Assembly: GCA_964498785.1 (NCBI GenBank)
Contig: CAZCJL010000020.1
Location: 4,946 to 68,945 of the forward strand
Source: an uncultured Cytophagia bacterium
Lineage (GTDB): Bacteria; Zhuqueibacterota; Zhuqueibacteria; Thermofontimicrobiales; Thiofontviventaceae
Direction: 5' to 3'
DNA length: 64,000 nt
Below the pieces are notes generated by a model. The model did not search any database. It was not told the DNA's origin and worked only from the letters and a program-made list of their open reading frames with translations. Numbering within the stretch: the first letter of the stretch is position 1; every line of letters starts with the position of its first letter. The position numbers and the translations under genes are program-made. Below are positions 36,340-46,072 of the stretch, piece after piece.

Positions 36340-37791
36340 TTAAAATTTTGATCGGACTTCGTGTACAGTTTTTCCCAGGGGTTCGATGTCCAGTTCCTTT
36401 AATAAGTCTACAAAGAAAAGCAGATCATCATAATTCCCGATTCCGTTCACTGCTTTTCTGAACGGCTGAACGACCCCGTCACAATTCGTAAAGGAGCCAT
36501 GTTTTTCTGCAGGGCTACGTCCTGCCAGTAACCATTTTGCTTTGTCCGAAATTTGTTCTCTAACAGTGGAAAGTACAATCAATTCCAAACCATCCAATTT
36601 TTCAAACGGAGCATTCGTTCCCCACACAAATGCGTATTTGAATTCACTGATAATCATTTCTGTAATATTTTTTGCCTGTGGGAATATCGCTTTTATTCCG
36701 GATAAATTAGGCGTTTTGTCCGCATTAATAAGCAAATCATCTTTTTGAATTTCTGTTGATGATTTTTGCCAGAATCGATCTGCCTTATAGAATACGCTTT
36801 TTATTTTTAATTGATCGATTAATTGATTAACCAGGGCAAGCTCTTCATTGGTGGCATGTGATGAGAGCACAAAAGCAAATTCATCCGCGTTTTTCTTGAG
36901 AAGCTTGGCCAAATCCTTTACAAATGTTTTATATTCCACGGCCGAATGATTTTGATGAACACCAGATGTTCGATTTTCGGGTGCATCGAGATAATAATCT
37001 CGCCCAAAATCACACATCCACGTTTTATTGATGTCTTCATTTTCTCGGGGTATTACACGGTAAATTTCATTATCGTTTGATTCAATATAAATATTACAAC
37101 CGCGTGAACATCCGGCACAGACAGATTCTGTCGAATGTAAATTCCATACACGTTCTTTAAATCGGAATCTTCGATCGGTAAGCGCGCCTACCGGACAAAT
37201 GTCAGTTACACACAGGCTGTATGGATCATCAAAAGTATCGTTAGAGGCTAATGAGACAAAAGAATTATCGCCCCGCGCAAGGATTCCTAATTTTTGTGTT
37301 TTTGATATTTCTCTGGTAAATCGGACACAACGAGAACAGGTGACACACCTCTCTGCATCGTAGATAATGCGCTCGCTAAAGATTACCAATTTTTCTTTGG
37401 CAACTTTGGTTTCATTGAAGCGAGATTTATCACCAGAGAACATCATATATTGATCTTGAAGCATGCATTCGCCGGCTTTATCACAAATCGGGCAATCCAG
37501 GGGATGGTTAATCAGCATAAATTCGAGAATTGCTTTCCTCATTTCGGCAATTTCAGGAGTGTTCGTGTAAATGATCATGCCATTGGCAACCGATGTCATA
37601 CAGGCAGGTTGTGGCTTCGGATTTTTTTCAATTTTGACCAGACACATCCGACAATTACCACTTTCAGTAAGGTGTTTATGATAACAGAAACGAGGAATAT
37701 AGATACCATTTTGTTCGCACGCATCAATAATCAGTGTTCCCTGCGGAACAGTCAGTTCTTTACCATCGACAGTAATCGTAACTTCTTTCAT
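36340..37791 (-). CDS. nuoG: NADH-quinone oxidoreductase subunit G, short form
   Basis: 483 aa. N-terminal 2Fe-2S CYHKHLTESGNCRMCLV, 4Fe-4S HPLDCPICDKAGEC and CVTCSRCVRF…CPVGAL. Lacks most of the molybdopterin-like C-terminal domain found in 700-900 aa NuoG proteins. Confidence 0.8.
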   Translation of the reverse strand: MKEVTITVDGKELTVPQGTLIIDACEQNGIYIPRFCYHKHLTESGNCRMCLVKIEKNPKPQPACMTSVANGMIIYTNTPEIAEMRKAILEFMLINHPLDCPICDKAGECMLQDQYMMFSGDKSRFNETKVAKEKLVIFSERIIYDAERCVTCSRCVRFTREISKTQKLGILARGDNSFVSLASNDTFDDPYSLCVTDICPVGALTDRRFRFKERVWNLHSTESVCAGCSRGCNIYIESNDNEIYRVIPRENEDINKTWMCDFGRDYYLDAPENRTSGVHQNHSAVEYKTFVKDLAKLLKKNADEFAFVLSSHATNEELALVNQLIDQLKIKSVFYKADRFWQKSSTEIQKDDLLINADKTPNLSGIKAIFPQAKNITEMIISEFKYAFVWGTNAPFEKLDGLELIVLSTVREQISDKAKWLLAGRSPAEKHGSFTNCDGVVQPFRKAVNGIGNYDDLLFFVDLLKELDIEPLGKTVHEVRSKF

Positions 37792-37796
37792 AAAAA

Positions 37797-39098
37797 TTAT
37801 ATCCTCTCTTGCAAGCGGGTGAATTTACCATTGTATGGACAACCGCCTTTTTCAATATGCTCTATAAATTCTTCTCTAAATTTTTTAATAAAACTGTCAA
37901 CAGGCCCGCAAGCTGCGTCACCTAACGGACAAATTGTATGAAAAGCGATATATTTGGTAATGCTGGTTAATGTATCCAAATCTTCTAATTTGCCGTTGCC
38001 TTCTTCAATCCGTTTGATAATTTTTAGCAGCCACCCTGTCCCTTCGCGGCATGGTGTACATTGTCCGCATGATTCATGATGATAAAAATGGGCTAATACT
38101 TCAAGTGTTTTTACCATGCATGTTCCTTCGGCGATCACAATAACTGCGCCGGAGCCAAGACTTGAGCCAGCAGCGGTAATCGATTCATAATCGATGGTCA
38201 TATTTTCACAATCTTCAGGGCGTAATACTGGCGTTGAAGAACCTCCGGGGATGACAGCTTTTAATTTTTTACCACCTAATATTCCACCGCATTGATTATT
38301 AAAAAAATCCATAAAGGAATCACCCATGACCACTTCATAAACACCAGGCTTTCGAACATGTCCGCTAACAGATAGTAGTTTTGTCCCAGTTGATTTTTCA
38401 GTTCCGATTTTAGCATATTTCTCTCCCCCATTTTCAACGATATAGGGAATCGATGCCAGGGTTTCGACATTATTAATAATCGTCGGGCATCTGTACAAGC
38501 CTTCCACAGCAGGAAACGGTGGTTTATTGCGAGTTTGACCCTTTTTGCCCTCAATAGAATTCATCAGGCCTGTTTCGTCTCCTACAACATAAGCACCAGC
38601 GCCTTTATGTACGGTTATATCACATTGATAATTCGTGCCAGGCAATATTTTCCCGAGGTATCCGGCTTTATAGGCTTCGTTAACAGCTTGCTGTGTTTGG
38701 CGCAATGCGTAGCCATATTCGCCGCGAATATAGATGTATGCATGTTTTGCTTTAATTGCGTAACTGCTTAAAATAATCCCTTCAATTAACATGTGAGGAT
38801 TTTCTTCCAGGATGACACGGTCTTTGAAAGTTCCGGGTTCGCCTTCATCGCCATTGCAAATTAAATACACTGGTTTGTCCGTATCTTTCGGTAAAAATGA
38901 CCATTTCAATCCTGCCGGAAAACCTGCGCCTCCGCGACCGCGAATACCGCTCTTTTTAACTTCGTCGATGACTTCTTGAGTACTGTATTTTTTGAGAGCT
39001 GTTTTTATTGTCTTGTAACCACCGCGGTTTTTATAGCTTTCTAAAGTGTGACTTTTGCCATTTTTTTCGAAATTGAGTAGAATTTTAATATCTGACAT
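37797..39098 (-). CDS. nuoF: NADH-quinone oxidoreductase subunit F (NADH/FMN-binding, 4Fe-4S)
   Basis: GRGGAGFPAGLKW (NADH/FMN site), ICNGDEGEPGTFKDR and 4Fe-4S ESCGQCTPCREG. Confidence 0.9.
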   Translation of the reverse strand: MSDIKILLNFEKNGKSHTLESYKNRGGYKTIKTALKKYSTQEVIDEVKKSGIRGRGGAGFPAGLKWSFLPKDTDKPVYLICNGDEGEPGTFKDRVILEENPHMLIEGIILSSYAIKAKHAYIYIRGEYGYALRQTQQAVNEAYKAGYLGKILPGTNYQCDITVHKGAGAYVVGDETGLMNSIEGKKGQTRNKPPFPAVEGLYRCPTIINNVETLASIPYIVENGGEKYAKIGTEKSTGTKLLSVSGHVRKPGVYEVVMGDSFMDFFNNQCGGILGGKKLKAVIPGGSSTPVLRPEDCENMTIDYESITAAGSSLGSGAVIVIAEGTCMVKTLEVLAHFYHHESCGQCTPCREGTGWLLKIIKRIEEGNGKLEDLDTLTSITKYIAFHTICPLGDAACGPVDSFIKKFREEFIEHIEKGGCPYNGKFTRLQERI

Positions 39099-39138
39099 AT
39101 CGATCTCGATTTTTTGAGCTATTAATGTAATTAAGTGC

Positions 39139-39654
39139 CTATTTGTACTCAGGAAATTGTTGTGGTTGCTGGGAGTGTTCTTGGCCGTTCCTCAAGTTAT
39201 CCAGTATGTTATCGACCTTTTTTTCATCCAGTAATTCATAATAATTATCGCCAACTTGCATCATTGGCCCTGTACCGCAAGATCCCAGACATTCAGCAGT
39301 TTTTACTGTGAACCTTCCATCAGCAGTTGTTTCGCCGACTTTAATCTTTAGTTTATCACACATATAATCAATAAGTTGTTGACTACCTAATATTGAACAA
39401 GATATATTATTGCAAATTTCCAGGACATACGTTCCTTCTTTTTGTTGGGTGAACATGGAATACCATGAACGAACTTCTTCCACCCAAATTCTTGGAATAT
39501 CCAGTTCTTCTGCGATGAGTTGACAGGCGTCATCGGATACGTATCCATCTCTTTTTTGAATCATCCATAAGCATGGCAGAGTTAATGACCTGGCATCAGG
39601 ATATCTGGTCCTAAGATGTTCTATTTCTTTCTTTTCAGTTTCGGTAAATTCCAT
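39139..39654 (-). CDS. nuoE: NADH-quinone oxidoreductase subunit E (thioredoxin-like 2Fe-2S)
   Basis: 171 aa. CNNISCSILG … CLGSCGTGPMMQV gives the four 2Fe-2S Cys ligands. Confidence 0.85.
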   Translation of the reverse strand: MEFTETEKKEIEHLRTRYPDARSLTLPCLWMIQKRDGYVSDDACQLIAEELDIPRIWVEEVRSWYSMFTQQKEGTYVLEICNNISCSILGSQQLIDYMCDKLKIKVGETTADGRFTVKTAECLGSCGTGPMMQVGDNYYELLDEKKVDNILDNLRNGQEHSQQPQQFPEYK

Positions 39655-39690
39655 ATAAAACCTTTTGTAAGATTTAATAAGGGTTAAATT

Positions 39691-40944
39691 TTATCGATCA
39701 CATTCACCGCCAACCATATTGACGGAGCCAAAAATGGGAATAATATCAGCTAATTGATGGCCGATAATAATTTTGTCCAATGTTCCCATAATAAGAAAAC
39801 TGGGACCTCTTACATGCAGACGATATGCAGTGCCGCTTCCGTCCGAGACCAGAAAAAATCCTAATTCACCGTTAGCGCTTTCAACTGCATGATAAACCGT
39901 ACCTTTTGGAACGTTTGGTCCCTCGATAATTATTTTAAAATGGTTTATTAGTCCTTCAATTGAATCATAAACCGCGGCTTTCTCCGGAAGATGCGCTTGA
40001 TAGTCATCAGAATTAATCGGGCCATCGGGAATCTTTTCGATACATTGCATACAAATTTTAAAAGATTCTTCGATTTCTCGCATCCTCACATAATAACGGT
40101 CGTAATTATCACCATACTTGCCGGTTGGTACGTCCCACTCGATTTCATCATATTTAAGGTATGGCATTTTTTTACGAATATCATAATCAGAACCTGTAGA
40201 CCTTAAAAACGGGCCTGTAATTCCGGCATTAATTGCATCTTCTTTTGAAATTTCCCCGACGCCATATAGACGGTCTAAGAATATACGGTTTTTATCCAAT
40301 AAACCATGAATATCTTTTAAAAGAGGGATATTGGATAATAAAATTTCTTTCATTTTTTTCAGCCATCCTTCAGGAATATCTCTGGCTAAACCACCGACTC
40401 GCGCGTAGCTATAGGTTTGGCGGGCGCCAGTTGCCCAGTTGAAATGTTCCCAAATATAATCACGGGCCTGCATAAAATATAAAAACGGCGTCATTGCTCC
40501 TAATTCACTACATAACGCTGCCTGGCAGGTATAATGGTCCGTAATTCGGGAAAGCTCAGAAAACAATGTACGAAGCCATGCACATCGTTGCGTAATTTCG
40601 ATGTTAAGCATTTTTTCGATCGTGCCAATATAGCCAAAATTATTAATAAAGGCAGATACATAATTTAAACGGTCAGTATATGGAAGTGCTGTAACGTAAT
40701 TATGATTCTCCATCATTTTTTCGAAACCGCGATGCAGAAAACCAGGTTCAACATCGATGTTGACGATAGTCTCGCCGACTAATTCTGCTACCATTTTAAT
40801 CGTACCATGCATTGCCGGATGGGATGGCCCGATATTAACTTTGATTGGTTGGTCGTGAGGGCTTGTTATTGGTAATTCGAGTAATTCTTTTCTCTTTTTT
40901 ACTTCTTCAACTTTATATTTTGCTGGAAAATCAGCTTGTGCCAT
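39691..40944 (-). CDS. nuoD: NADH-quinone oxidoreductase subunit D
   Basis: 417 aa, 49-kDa subunit (…HRGFEKMMENHNY…; C-terminal …GSVNMVGGECDR). Separate from nuoC (not fused). Confidence 0.85.
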   Translation of the reverse strand: MAQADFPAKYKVEEVKKRKELLELPITSPHDQPIKVNIGPSHPAMHGTIKMVAELVGETIVNIDVEPGFLHRGFEKMMENHNYVTALPYTDRLNYVSAFINNFGYIGTIEKMLNIEITQRCAWLRTLFSELSRITDHYTCQAALCSELGAMTPFLYFMQARDYIWEHFNWATGARQTYSYARVGGLARDIPEGWLKKMKEILLSNIPLLKDIHGLLDKNRIFLDRLYGVGEISKEDAINAGITGPFLRSTGSDYDIRKKMPYLKYDEIEWDVPTGKYGDNYDRYYVRMREIEESFKICMQCIEKIPDGPINSDDYQAHLPEKAAVYDSIEGLINHFKIIIEGPNVPKGTVYHAVESANGELGFFLVSDGSGTAYRLHVRGPSFLIMGTLDKIIIGHQLADIIPIFGSVNMVGGECDR

Positions 40945-41494
40945 TATTTTGCTCCGGATTTCGTAATGTAATTCTTGGTTGTTCTCCCATCGTCGGAAAG
41001 TCCTTTCTCAATGGGAAACCTTCAAATTCTTCATAAAGGAGAACTCTTCGTAAATCAGGATGTCCGTTAAACTTGATTCCAAACATATCAAAAACTTCTC
41101 TTTCTAAAAAATGTGCTGCACTCCACCATTTATAACAGCTTAAGAGTTCGGGTTCTTCGCCACCACAACTGGTGATAATTCGGATTCGCTTATTTGTTGT
41201 CATTGAATAAAAATGATAGACAACATCAAATCGCGATTCAGAGTATAAATCTTCCTCACGGCCGGTTAGATTTGGTTTTTCGGCGTAATTGCTCGTAAGA
41301 TAATCCACGGTGGTTAGATCAGTCAACATTTCCATTGGAAATTTTTTATGATTTTTTAGAAAGTTGAACAGATTTTCAAGCTCGGCGGGCGGAATACGAA
41401 CAGTTCCTTGAGAGAATTGTTCCTCATAAACAGCCATCTTAAATGATTCAAATAAGTCTTTCAAATCATCCTTAAGTAACCAATATTTTTGCAT
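40931..41494 (-). CDS. nuoC: NADH-quinone oxidoreductase subunit C
   Basis: 187 aa, 30-kDa subunit. Overlaps the nuoD start by 14 nt. Confidence 0.8.
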   Translation of the reverse strand: MQKYWLLKDDLKDLFESFKMAVYEEQFSQGTVRIPPAELENLFNFLKNHKKFPMEMLTDLTTVDYLTSNYAEKPNLTGREEDLYSESRFDVVYHFYSMTTNKRIRIITSCGGEEPELLSCYKWWSAAHFLEREVFDMFGIKFNGHPDLRRVLLYEEFEGFPLRKDFPTMGEQPRITLRNPEQNNGTS

Positions 41495-41511
41495 GAACTC
41501 AACCTGCTTTT

Positions 41512-41979
41512 TTATAGATATTGCCTGGAATTACGAATTTTGTCTTGCAAAGCCATGATACCATCCAGGATCATTTCGGGACGCGGAGGACATCCTGGAA
41601 TATAGACGTCTACCGGAATAATACGATCGCATCCCTGTACTGTTGCATAGTTCCGATAAAAACCGCCGCTTACAGCGCAGGCGCCAACGGCTACAACATA
41701 TTTGGGGTCTGCCATTTGTTCCCAAATTCGGCGTAATACCGGACCCTGTTTATGGGTGATTGTTCCGACCACCATCAGCATGTCTGATTGCCTCGGAGAG
41801 TATCTGGGCATTGCAGCGCCAAATCTGTCAGTATCATAATGCGAAGCGCTTACAGACATAAATTCCATCGCGCAGCATGCCGTTCCAAAAACATATTGCC
41901 AAAGAGAATAGCTTCGGGCCCAACCAATAAATTTATCCAGTCTTGTGGTAACGACATTGTCGGGAAGTTTATCCACCAT
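41512..41979 (-). CDS. nuoB: NADH-quinone oxidoreductase subunit B (N2 4Fe-4S)
   Basis: GTACCAMEF, VAVGACAVSGG and IPGCPP give the four N2-cluster Cys in canonical context. Confidence 0.9.
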   Translation of the reverse strand: MVDKLPDNVVTTRLDKFIGWARSYSLWQYVFGTACCAMEFMSVSASHYDTDRFGAAMPRYSPRQSDMLMVVGTITHKQGPVLRRIWEQMADPKYVVAVGACAVSGGFYRNYATVQGCDRIIPVDVYIPGCPPRPEMILDGIMALQDKIRNSRQYL

Positions 41980-41985
41980 TAAATT

Positions 41986-42354
41986 CTACCTCCAATCCAA
42001 TGCTTTTCGTTTATATGCATAAAAAAATGCAATCACCAGAAAAAAAAGGAAAATAGAAATCTCAATAATTGCAATACTACCTAATGAGCGCGCAACAACA
42101 GCCCAGGGATACAATAAAATTCCCTCCAAATCGAATAACACAAACAGCAGTGCAATCAGATAATAACGGATGCTAACTCGGCGAGTGTTATCTTGTAGAA
42201 GATCGGAACCACATTCAAAAGGAGTTGCTTTGGAAGGAAAATCTTTACGGTGTTTTGCTTTTGGGCCAAAAATCGCATTTAAGATAAGAATTAGTGCGAC
42301 AGTACTTGCGGCAATTAAAATATACAACAATACAGGCAGATACTGGTCTGTCAT
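41986..42354 (-). CDS. nuoA: NADH-quinone oxidoreductase subunit A
   Basis: 122 aa, 3 TM, with PFECG motif (ATPFECGSDL). First gene of the operon. Confidence 0.85.
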   Translation of the reverse strand: MTDQYLPVLLYILIAASTVALILILNAIFGPKAKHRKDFPSKATPFECGSDLLQDNTRRVSIRYYLIALLFVLFDLEGILLYPWAVVARSLGSIAIIEISIFLFFLVIAFFYAYKRKALDWR

Positions 42355-42575
42355 GTAGTAAATCTCCTGATATATAGATGTATGATAAATTTCTTTTCAT
42401 GCAGGTTGCAATGAAGTTGATCATTTTGATGAAACATAAAGAAAGGATTTATACTCCAATTAAAAGTGGAGTTCATGTAATAATTCCTCGATTAGCTTAC
42501 AAAATTTTACTAAACGGCATTCGTTTATAATTAAATTTTGTTAACACAAGTGAACTAATAAAATCATGAGGTAAA

Positions 42576-42604
42576 AATATACGAAAAAAAAATTTGCATG
42601 TCAA
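42576..42604 (-). promoter_or_regulatory. Candidate sigma70-type promoter for the nuo operon (minus strand TTGACA-N17-TATATT)
   Basis: On the minus strand, TTGACA (42604..42599), a 17-nt spacer and TATATT (42581..42576). Predicts a ~215-nt 5'UTR before nuoA. Confidence 0.35.
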
Positions 42605-42742
42605 GAACTTTTTGCCCATTTTAGATAATCTGATGATGAAATTTAATTTTGGGGATGGAGTCTGATGTAAGCATGTGGATAATAATTTTAAATTATGCAT
42701 CGGACGATTCAATATAATGAATCGCCCGATAATTTTTAATGT

Positions 42743-43903
42743 CTATGTTTTCAACCATGTTGATCCCTTTTGGGCAGATTCGGCAGCTTTATTCGTGAAA
42801 CGAACTCCCCGTAGGCCATCATATACAGTGGGAAATTCGTATTCCACTGTCTGTAAAGGAGTGCCGTTAATATAACTTCGGATTGCGTTCACAACACCCA
42901 CATAAATATTTGCAAACGCTTCAAGGTAACCTTCCGGATGTCCTGTGGGAATGCGGGTTGCATTTGCTGCGGCTTCTGAAAGATACTCACTGGCGCGGGT
43001 CAAAATTTCCCGCGGCTGATTGTAGCGATAGACATGCAGATAATTCGGATTTTCCTGCTCCCATATTATAGCGCCTTTTGACGCATAAACCTTTATTCGC
43101 AGGTTATTTTCTTCCCCGGTCGCGATCTGGCTGACTGTGATCAAACCTTTACCTCCGCCTTTTAATCGAATCAACACATTCGCATCTTCATCCAAGGTGC
43201 GATCCGGCAGAAATGTTGAAAAATCAGCACATAATTCACTAATTTCTTCGCCGGTAATGTATTCCAATAAATTCTCTGCATGTGTGCCGCAATCCCCAAT
43301 CGTTCCGACAAGCCCCGATTGTTTCGGATCAACGCGCCAAGCTGCCTGTTTGTGTCCCTCTTTTTCATGCGGATACATCATAAAATCCTGCAAGTATTGA
43401 ACAATAACCTTACGAACGTCTCCCATTTGACCAGTGCGGAACAGATTTCTGGCATGACGTACTAATGGATGACCGGTATAGTTATGCGTGAGCGCAAATA
43501 CCAGTCCTGTCTTTTTAACTAACGAGGCGAGTTGTTCAGCTTCGTCAATCGTACACGTCATGGGTTTATCACAAACAACATGGATACCAGCTTCTAAAAA
43601 TGCTTTGCAAATCGAAAAGTGAGATGCATTCGGAGTCACGATAGACACAAAATCGATTCGTTCATCGTCCGGCAATTTTGATTCATTTTCCGCCATTTCT
43701 TCAAAAGTTGCATAGCAACGTTTTAGATCGAGATACAGTTCTTTCCCTGTGATTTTTGTATTTTCAAAATCACGGGAAAAGCAACCAGCAACAAATTCGA
43801 TTTGCTGGTCCAGAGCTGCGGCCATGCGATGCACAGCGCCAATAAACGCGTCCTGTCCCCCGCCAACCATTCCCATGCGAAGCTTGCGTTTCCATGATTT
43901 CAT
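42743..43903 (-). CDS. Gfo/Idh/MocA family NAD(P)-dependent oxidoreductase
   Basis: 386 aa. N-terminal Rossmann LRMGMVGGGQDAFIGAVH, followed by an EAGIHVVCDKP-type motif. Confidence 0.75.
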   Translation of the reverse strand: MKSWKRKLRMGMVGGGQDAFIGAVHRMAAALDQQIEFVAGCFSRDFENTKITGKELYLDLKRCYATFEEMAENESKLPDDERIDFVSIVTPNASHFSICKAFLEAGIHVVCDKPMTCTIDEAEQLASLVKKTGLVFALTHNYTGHPLVRHARNLFRTGQMGDVRKVIVQYLQDFMMYPHEKEGHKQAAWRVDPKQSGLVGTIGDCGTHAENLLEYITGEEISELCADFSTFLPDRTLDEDANVLIRLKGGGKGLITVSQIATGEENNLRIKVYASKGAIIWEQENPNYLHVYRYNQPREILTRASEYLSEAAANATRIPTGHPEGYLEAFANIYVGVVNAIRSYINGTPLQTVEYEFPTVYDGLRGVRFTNKAAESAQKGSTWLKT

Positions 43904-43922
43904 AAATATGCTCCTGTTAGTT

Positions 43923-44972
43923 TCATTGTAATCCTAAAATTATCTTATTTGTTTCTATATCCGTATCACCACCGGCAAAATCGTCAAATGCCACTTCTGT
44001 GGTTTCAATAATATGCTCCCGAATAAAAGATGCAGCCTCTCTGGCGCCCTGCTCCGGGCTTTTGATACAACATTCCCATTCCAGCACGCCCCAGCCGTCA
44101 TATCCGGCTTCAGTAAGCAAAGAAAAAACTCGTTTAAAATCAACCTGACCGTCTCCCAGCGAGCGAAAACGCCCGGCACGGTTTATCCAGGATTGATAAC
44201 CGCCGTATACACCAACTCTGCCGGTTGGATGGAATTCAGCATCTTTCACATGAAATGATTTTATGCGGCCCCCATAGAGTTCAATAAATTGCAGATAATC
44301 GAGTTGTTGAAGTACGAAATGACTCGGATCATACGTAAGACATGCTGCCGGATGATTATCTGCGGCATCTAAAAACATCTCAAAAGTGGCGCCATCGAAT
44401 AGATCTGATCCCGGATGCAATTCATACGAAATGTAAATTCCTTTGTCCTGTGCCATATCGAGAACAGGTTTCCAGCGTTTCGCCATCTCCTGAAATGCCA
44501 TCCCGATCAATCCATCGGGACGTTGGGGCCAGGGATATACCATGTGCCAGGCTAATCCGCCAGACAGAACAGGAACGCTGTTCAATCCCATATTTGCAGA
44601 AGCAGTTATCGCCATTTTTATCTGATCTTCTGCCCATTGTGTGCGTTCGCTATCACTCTGTCCGTTGGGATGAAATCCCTGAAAAGCAACCGCGTACACC
44701 GGATGAACAACTAACATCTGTCCTTGTAAATGGGCAGAAAGTTCTGCAACTTCCAATCCTATTTCCTTTAGCTTTCCAAGAATATCATCACAATATCCTT
44801 TTGATTCTGCTGCTTTTTCCAAATCAATGACACGGCTCTCCCATGTAGGTATTTGAACACCTTTAAAACCTAAATCAGACGCCCATTTTCCGATATTTTC
44901 CAGATTATTATATGGTTCTTCATCTCTTAAGAATTGAGCCAGAAAAATTCCAGGCCCTTTCATTTTTTTCAT
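43923..44972 (-). CDS. Sugar phosphate isomerase/epimerase (xylose-isomerase-like TIM barrel)
   Basis: Start moved to the ATG at 44972 (MKKMKGPGIF…). The upstream in-frame Met would include the GGGGAGGG RBS itself. TIM-barrel metal ligands are in …SYELHPGSDLF…, HVKD and …VLEWE…. Confidence 0.7.
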   Translation of the reverse strand: MKKMKGPGIFLAQFLRDEEPYNNLENIGKWASDLGFKGVQIPTWESRVIDLEKAAESKGYCDDILGKLKEIGLEVAELSAHLQGQMLVVHPVYAVAFQGFHPNGQSDSERTQWAEDQIKMAITASANMGLNSVPVLSGGLAWHMVYPWPQRPDGLIGMAFQEMAKRWKPVLDMAQDKGIYISYELHPGSDLFDGATFEMFLDAADNHPAACLTYDPSHFVLQQLDYLQFIELYGGRIKSFHVKDAEFHPTGRVGVYGGYQSWINRAGRFRSLGDGQVDFKRVFSLLTEAGYDGWGVLEWECCIKSPEQGAREAASFIREHIIETTEVAFDDFAGGDTDIETNKIILGLQ

Positions 44973-45063
44973 GTAGCACCCTCCCCAATGATATTTAGTT
45001 AAATTCAATATATTAAAAGTGCATGAACATGCTCTTAAAGGATAACACGCCGGAGTTACACCA

Positions 45064-46053
45064 TCACGCTTCCCGAATACATTCTCTGATTAATCGCGAC
45101 ATCGCCGGTCCTTCGGTTCCGGTAGCGCGCAATTCCCTGGCTCCTTTCTCGTTCATTAATTTAACAACATTTTGCGCCAAACGCAAGTTTTCAACCGACA
45201 ATTTCATGAAATCAAGCGGATCATCGCGGTACGGGAACAAGTCAAGTCCGTACCAACCATCATAGTTCATTTGATCGAGCATGTAGACAATACTGACCAG
45301 TCGGATAAAATTCGCTGATCCGGGCGGTATGTCGGCATCCGCTTGCTGGTCATTATCATCAAAATGGGTATGAAATAACTTGTTGTAACGAAGCACGAGT
45401 GCAATTTGGTCTTCAACATTTTCGCGGGCAATCAGGCTATGACCGATATCAAGATTGATTCCGAAGTTCGGATCATCTACTTCATTGACAATTGCCAGTG
45501 CCTGCCCGGTGGTCCCCATCATAATCCACGAACGCGGTTCAAAGGGCTTGGGTTCGATGCAGACTTTGGTTTGATATTTATTTGCGTGTAAATAATCCAA
45601 AATCTGATGCACCGAATCAACGTAACGATCGTAAAGCGCGACATAATCTGTTTGTAACGGAAAATCCATTCCATCTGTTGCAGGCCACAAAACGCTGATC
45701 GGGACATTGAACCGGGCTCCCAATTCCAACGCCCATTTCACGCGGTCAATCGCCTGTGATCGAACTTTGGGATCAGAATCGCCCAGCGCACCGAATTTAT
45801 ACTGTTTTTCAGTCCACGTATGACCGCACAGTTGCACCATTTGCAGATTATAATCCTTTAAAACTTTTTCGATTTCATTTGCATTTTTATCATTGATTTC
45901 AGTGGGAACGTGCAATTCAATGCCATCAATGTCCTCGGTCTCCCCCACTGCTTTGATGCGGTCGATCACCGAAACTTCTTCTCCGAATCCATTCACATTG
46001 AAACGATCACGGAGATTGGTCATACCCCAAATCCCCATACAAATTTTATTCAT
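45064..46053 (-). CDS. Sugar phosphate isomerase/epimerase (xylose-isomerase-like TIM barrel), second paralogous type
   Basis: Start at the ATG at 46053 (MNKICMGIWG…), preceded by GGAGG. IEPKP…, LDIGH and …HFDDN… are metal-binding-like motifs. Confidence 0.7.
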   Translation of the reverse strand: MNKICMGIWGMTNLRDRFNVNGFGEEVSVIDRIKAVGETEDIDGIELHVPTEINDKNANEIEKVLKDYNLQMVQLCGHTWTEKQYKFGALGDSDPKVRSQAIDRVKWALELGARFNVPISVLWPATDGMDFPLQTDYVALYDRYVDSVHQILDYLHANKYQTKVCIEPKPFEPRSWIMMGTTGQALAIVNEVDDPNFGINLDIGHSLIARENVEDQIALVLRYNKLFHTHFDDNDQQADADIPPGSANFIRLVSIVYMLDQMNYDGWYGLDLFPYRDDPLDFMKLSVENLRLAQNVVKLMNEKGARELRATGTEGPAMSRLIRECIREA

Positions 46054-46072
46054 AACAGCCTCCATGAAAAAG

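Noticed and set aside
44973-45008. Upstream Met (MNLTKYHWGGCY…) for the sugar-phosphate isomerase
   Set aside because: The in-frame codons HWGGCY are the GGGGAGGG ribosome-binding site itself. The true start is most likely the ATG at 44972. The same logic applies to the MEAV… extension at 46054-46113 and the MCINEEGR… extension at 52391-52414.
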